NCBI GenBank assembly: GCA_030248215.1
Contig: JASANG010002509.1
Span: forward strand, 744,001-793,287
Reading direction: 5' to 3'
DNA: 49,287 bases
Source: Enoplolaimus lenunculus
Lineage: Eukaryota
The notes beneath the pieces were generated by a model. It was not told the origin of the DNA, made no database searches, and worked only from the letters and a program-made list of their open reading frames with translations. The position numbers and the translations under genes were made by a program. Positions 47,658 to 49,287 of this stretch are shown here, one piece after another. Within the stretch, counting starts at the first letter, position 1; the number at the start of each line of letters is the position of its first letter.

Positions 47658-48132
47658 TTAAGCGAGTAAAGTAAATATTTGTAACTCAACAAATGTAACG
47701 AATTAATACATGCTTATAGCATCTGAGTCGAAGATAAGCAAGGAATCTTTGCTTCAATCTTGGTTGTTGATTTTTGTAACCTCCTTGAAAATAAAAGCAA
47801 ATCTAACGCTTCGTTGTTATGGCACTAGCTCATAATACGCAATTTTCTGTTTTTATCCAAAAATTTAAGTATTTACTTTTAAATCAGTGTCTTAAGTGAG
47901 TGTCTAAAACAAAACTTAAGTAAATACATAAATATATACATTTCAGAAACCCGACCAGTTAAACTTTGTATTATCAACTGTGTGATTTAAAAGCTGAATC
48001 AGCGTAACTGAGACACACAAAAACCGCAGTCGAAATCTTTGTTCAAATTTTCATTCATTTTTGGTGCATGCTTCGTTGACATGTGTGCAAACCCAAACAT
48101 TCAATCATGGTTCTCCAGATTCCAGGGCTGAA

Positions 48133-48135
<3 letters not shown>

Positions 48136-48181
<46 letters not shown>
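48136..48181. repeat. (TA)n microsatellite
   Basis: About 23 perfect TA units. Confidence 0.95.
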
Positions 48182-48186
<5 letters not shown>

Positions 48187-49287
48187 AATAAAATAAATGG
48201 TTGAAATTGCCAGATTTTGTTAGAGTTGCAAAATCATGTGAAAATTCTAAATCTAAACACATTTGACTGTATATTTAATTTAGGTTGCAATTTACGAATT
48301 ATGGCGGATTCGAGTATGTGCAGGCCCAGATTCGACGAGGGAAGATCATTTTTTGGCCATGTATCGATAATTGTAAAATCGTCGACAGAACAATGGTGAT
48401 TTGACTTAGTGTAGTGGTCAGAGACTGCAGAGACTAATTTAGAGGTGGATGGATTAGGTAGAGAAGTACGGTCCGAAATCTGTTTATGTTCGCAAATACG
48501 CCTATAAAGTTGTCGGTTGGTAGAACCGACGTAACCCGATAAACAATCGGGACAAGTATATTGATACACTATGTTAGAGCGTAAAAGCGTGGGGGTTGGG
48601 TCCTTGAAATTGAAAAATTGGCCAATTCTTTTCTGAGTTTCGAAAACAATTCTAATTTTAATGTTATAATTTCCAAAACACTTTTTAAATAAGTGGTTTA
48701 GGTCAGTTTTTAGGCGATGTGAGTGCGACCCGAAATAGGGTAGTTTTAAAACAATAAATTTGGGGGGTACCTGACTTCCATTGCTGGTTCCGGTGGTGCT
48801 TGCTGTGTCTTGGCTTTGGATTGCGCCTTCCGTCGTGGCATGGTCAGTGCTATTGGATGTTGAAGCCAGATTGTCAGAAATATCAGTATTTTGATGCGAT
48901 AAAAACTGAGGTTGTGAAACACGATCTAAATTAATATTGTGGTTAATAGTGGCATGATCAATATTATTATTGAAGTTTTGTTCAATAAAATGGTGAATGG
49001 ACTGAGGTGGCGCGTAATCGCTGTTAAAACACTTGTTGAAGAAATGAATGAACGAATTGTTAATAAATTTTACGGGAAAATCGTTGGATCTAAGCAAATT
49101 AGCCAGGAACTTTAATTCATCCTTTAGCAAGGCATTATCCGTTGTTAACGAACAGCATCGAAACAATAAACATTCAATTAAGTTATTTTTGTAATTTTTT
49201 GGAAGGTGCGTATTATAGTTCATTATCTGATTAGTATAGGTGGGTTTCCTATAAATTCCAGTATGCACTGAGCCGGAGACGGGATCT
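48182..49287 (-). mobile_element. Penelope-like retroelement, 3' part (RT thumb plus C-terminal GIY-YIG endonuclease); 5' part lies outside the window
   Basis: ORF open from the window edge to the stop at 48234: TGIYRKPTYT (PLE RT C-terminus), LPYFG linker, NIVYQYTCPDCLSGYVGSTNRQLYRRICEH...SAVSDH...ILESAIIRKLQPKLN (GIY-YIG). Confidence 0.9.

Noticed and set aside
48008..48045. Hammerhead-like CTGAGAC...GTCGAAA on plus, next to the Penelope element
   Set aside because: The core lacks one nucleotide of CUGANGA and I could not form stems I and III. At most a decayed inverted pseudo-LTR.

Overview
AT-rich, intron-rich animal genomic DNA. TTAGGC repeats and TTTCAG/TTTTAG splice acceptors suggest a nematode, possibly an early-branching one (inference). 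Four host genes were reconstructed by hand from GT-AG sites with consistent phases: (1) an uncharacterised, probably N-myristoylated protein with two internal repeats (minus, 176-2898, probably continuing past the window start); (2) a 25-exon Vav Rho/Rac GEF (minus, 16074-31814); (3) BBIP1/BBS18 (plus, 34804-35994); (4) an NK3/bagpipe-type homeobox gene (minus, 39808-46735). Vav intron 6 holds a full-length but mutated Ingi/I-group non-LTR retrotransposon in sense orientation (24685-29125, 12-bp TSD). Its first 84 nt fold into an HDV-like self-cleaving ribozyme, followed by a degenerate 2A-like motif, a PHD finger, APE, RT, RNase H and a CCHC finger. The window also holds about 18 copies or fragments of a MITE carrying telomere-type TTAGGC arrays, two of them just upstream of gene starts in the same orientation. 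Other mobile DNA: a solo LTR nested in one of these MITEs, a TTAA MITE carrying a tRNA-like Pol III module, several other MITE and Helitron families, and the 3' part of a Penelope-like element at the right edge.
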